Assembly: GCF_006345805.1 (NCBI RefSeq)
Contig: NW_021829881.1
Coordinates: 1-35,237, forward strand
Direction of reading: 5' to 3'
Length of the DNA stretch: 35,237 bases
Origin: Octopus sinensis
Lineage: Eukaryota
Part shown: one piece after another, positions 34,908-35,237 of the stretch
Position numbering within the stretch: position 1 is the first letter of the stretch
How the letters are laid out: every line of letters starts with the position of its first letter
Position numbers and translations under genes: made by a program
Notes under the pieces: model-generated
The model's database searches: none
What the model saw: the letters and a program-made list of their open reading frames with translations, nothing else
What the model was told of the DNA's origin: nothing

Positions 34908-34951
34908 TGACTACCGAGTAATGTAAGATATATATATATATATAATATATA

Positions 34952-35006
<55 letters not shown>

Positions 35007-35237
35007 GTATTTATGTATGTATAAAATATATAGGTATGTCTATGTATGTGTGTGTGTTTGTGTCTGTCTTTGTGCTTGTGTTTGTCTCCCACCAGTATGG
35101 CCGCAGGTTATGAGCCGGTGAATGTACGTGCGTGCGTACGTGCATATATATCTGTGTGTGAGAGGAGAGAATGAAAGAGCAAGATGATTACTTTCTCCAA
35201 CAGACAACGATTATAGTCATTTTTTTCGTTCTTATTT

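Larger units (their letters stand above)
32381..34926 (-). mobile_element. Penelope-like retroelement (Naiad-like) with 3' pLTR and inverted partial pLTR at the 5' end
   Basis: RT and GIY-YIG coding remnants; 32458-32604 is the reverse complement of 34781-34926; (TA)n on both flanks. Confidence 0.88.

Overview
Repeat-dense eukaryotic (animal) non-coding DNA. The SINE sequences, tRNA-Arg-type heads and microsatellite load look like an octopus/cephalopod genome (inference). No intact host gene is supported, and nearly all ORFs in the track are microsatellite or SINE artefacts. The window holds many tRNA-derived SINEs of about four families, some nested or multimeric; a 5'-truncated CR1-group LINE (15.3-17.2 kb); a split CR1-group 3' fragment; a decayed R4/Dong-like RT fragment; several MITEs; and a decayed Penelope-like element (RT + GIY-YIG, Naiad-like, 32.4-34.9 kb) with an inverted pseudo-LTR. 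The main hidden signal is RNA structure: four sequence-unrelated element families each carry a type I hammerhead ribozyme motif with a palindromic stem III, and all sit in (TA)n tracts. They are a 551-bp tandem/inverted array (3 copies of the motif), a ~488-bp terminally redundant unit, a rod-like element with a U3-A8 core covariation, and the Penelope pLTR (2 copies). This suggests a system of non-coding, retrozyme-like mobile RNAs alongside a Penelope-like partner. All folding was done by eye; activity is untested. Repeat boundaries are approximate unless stated.
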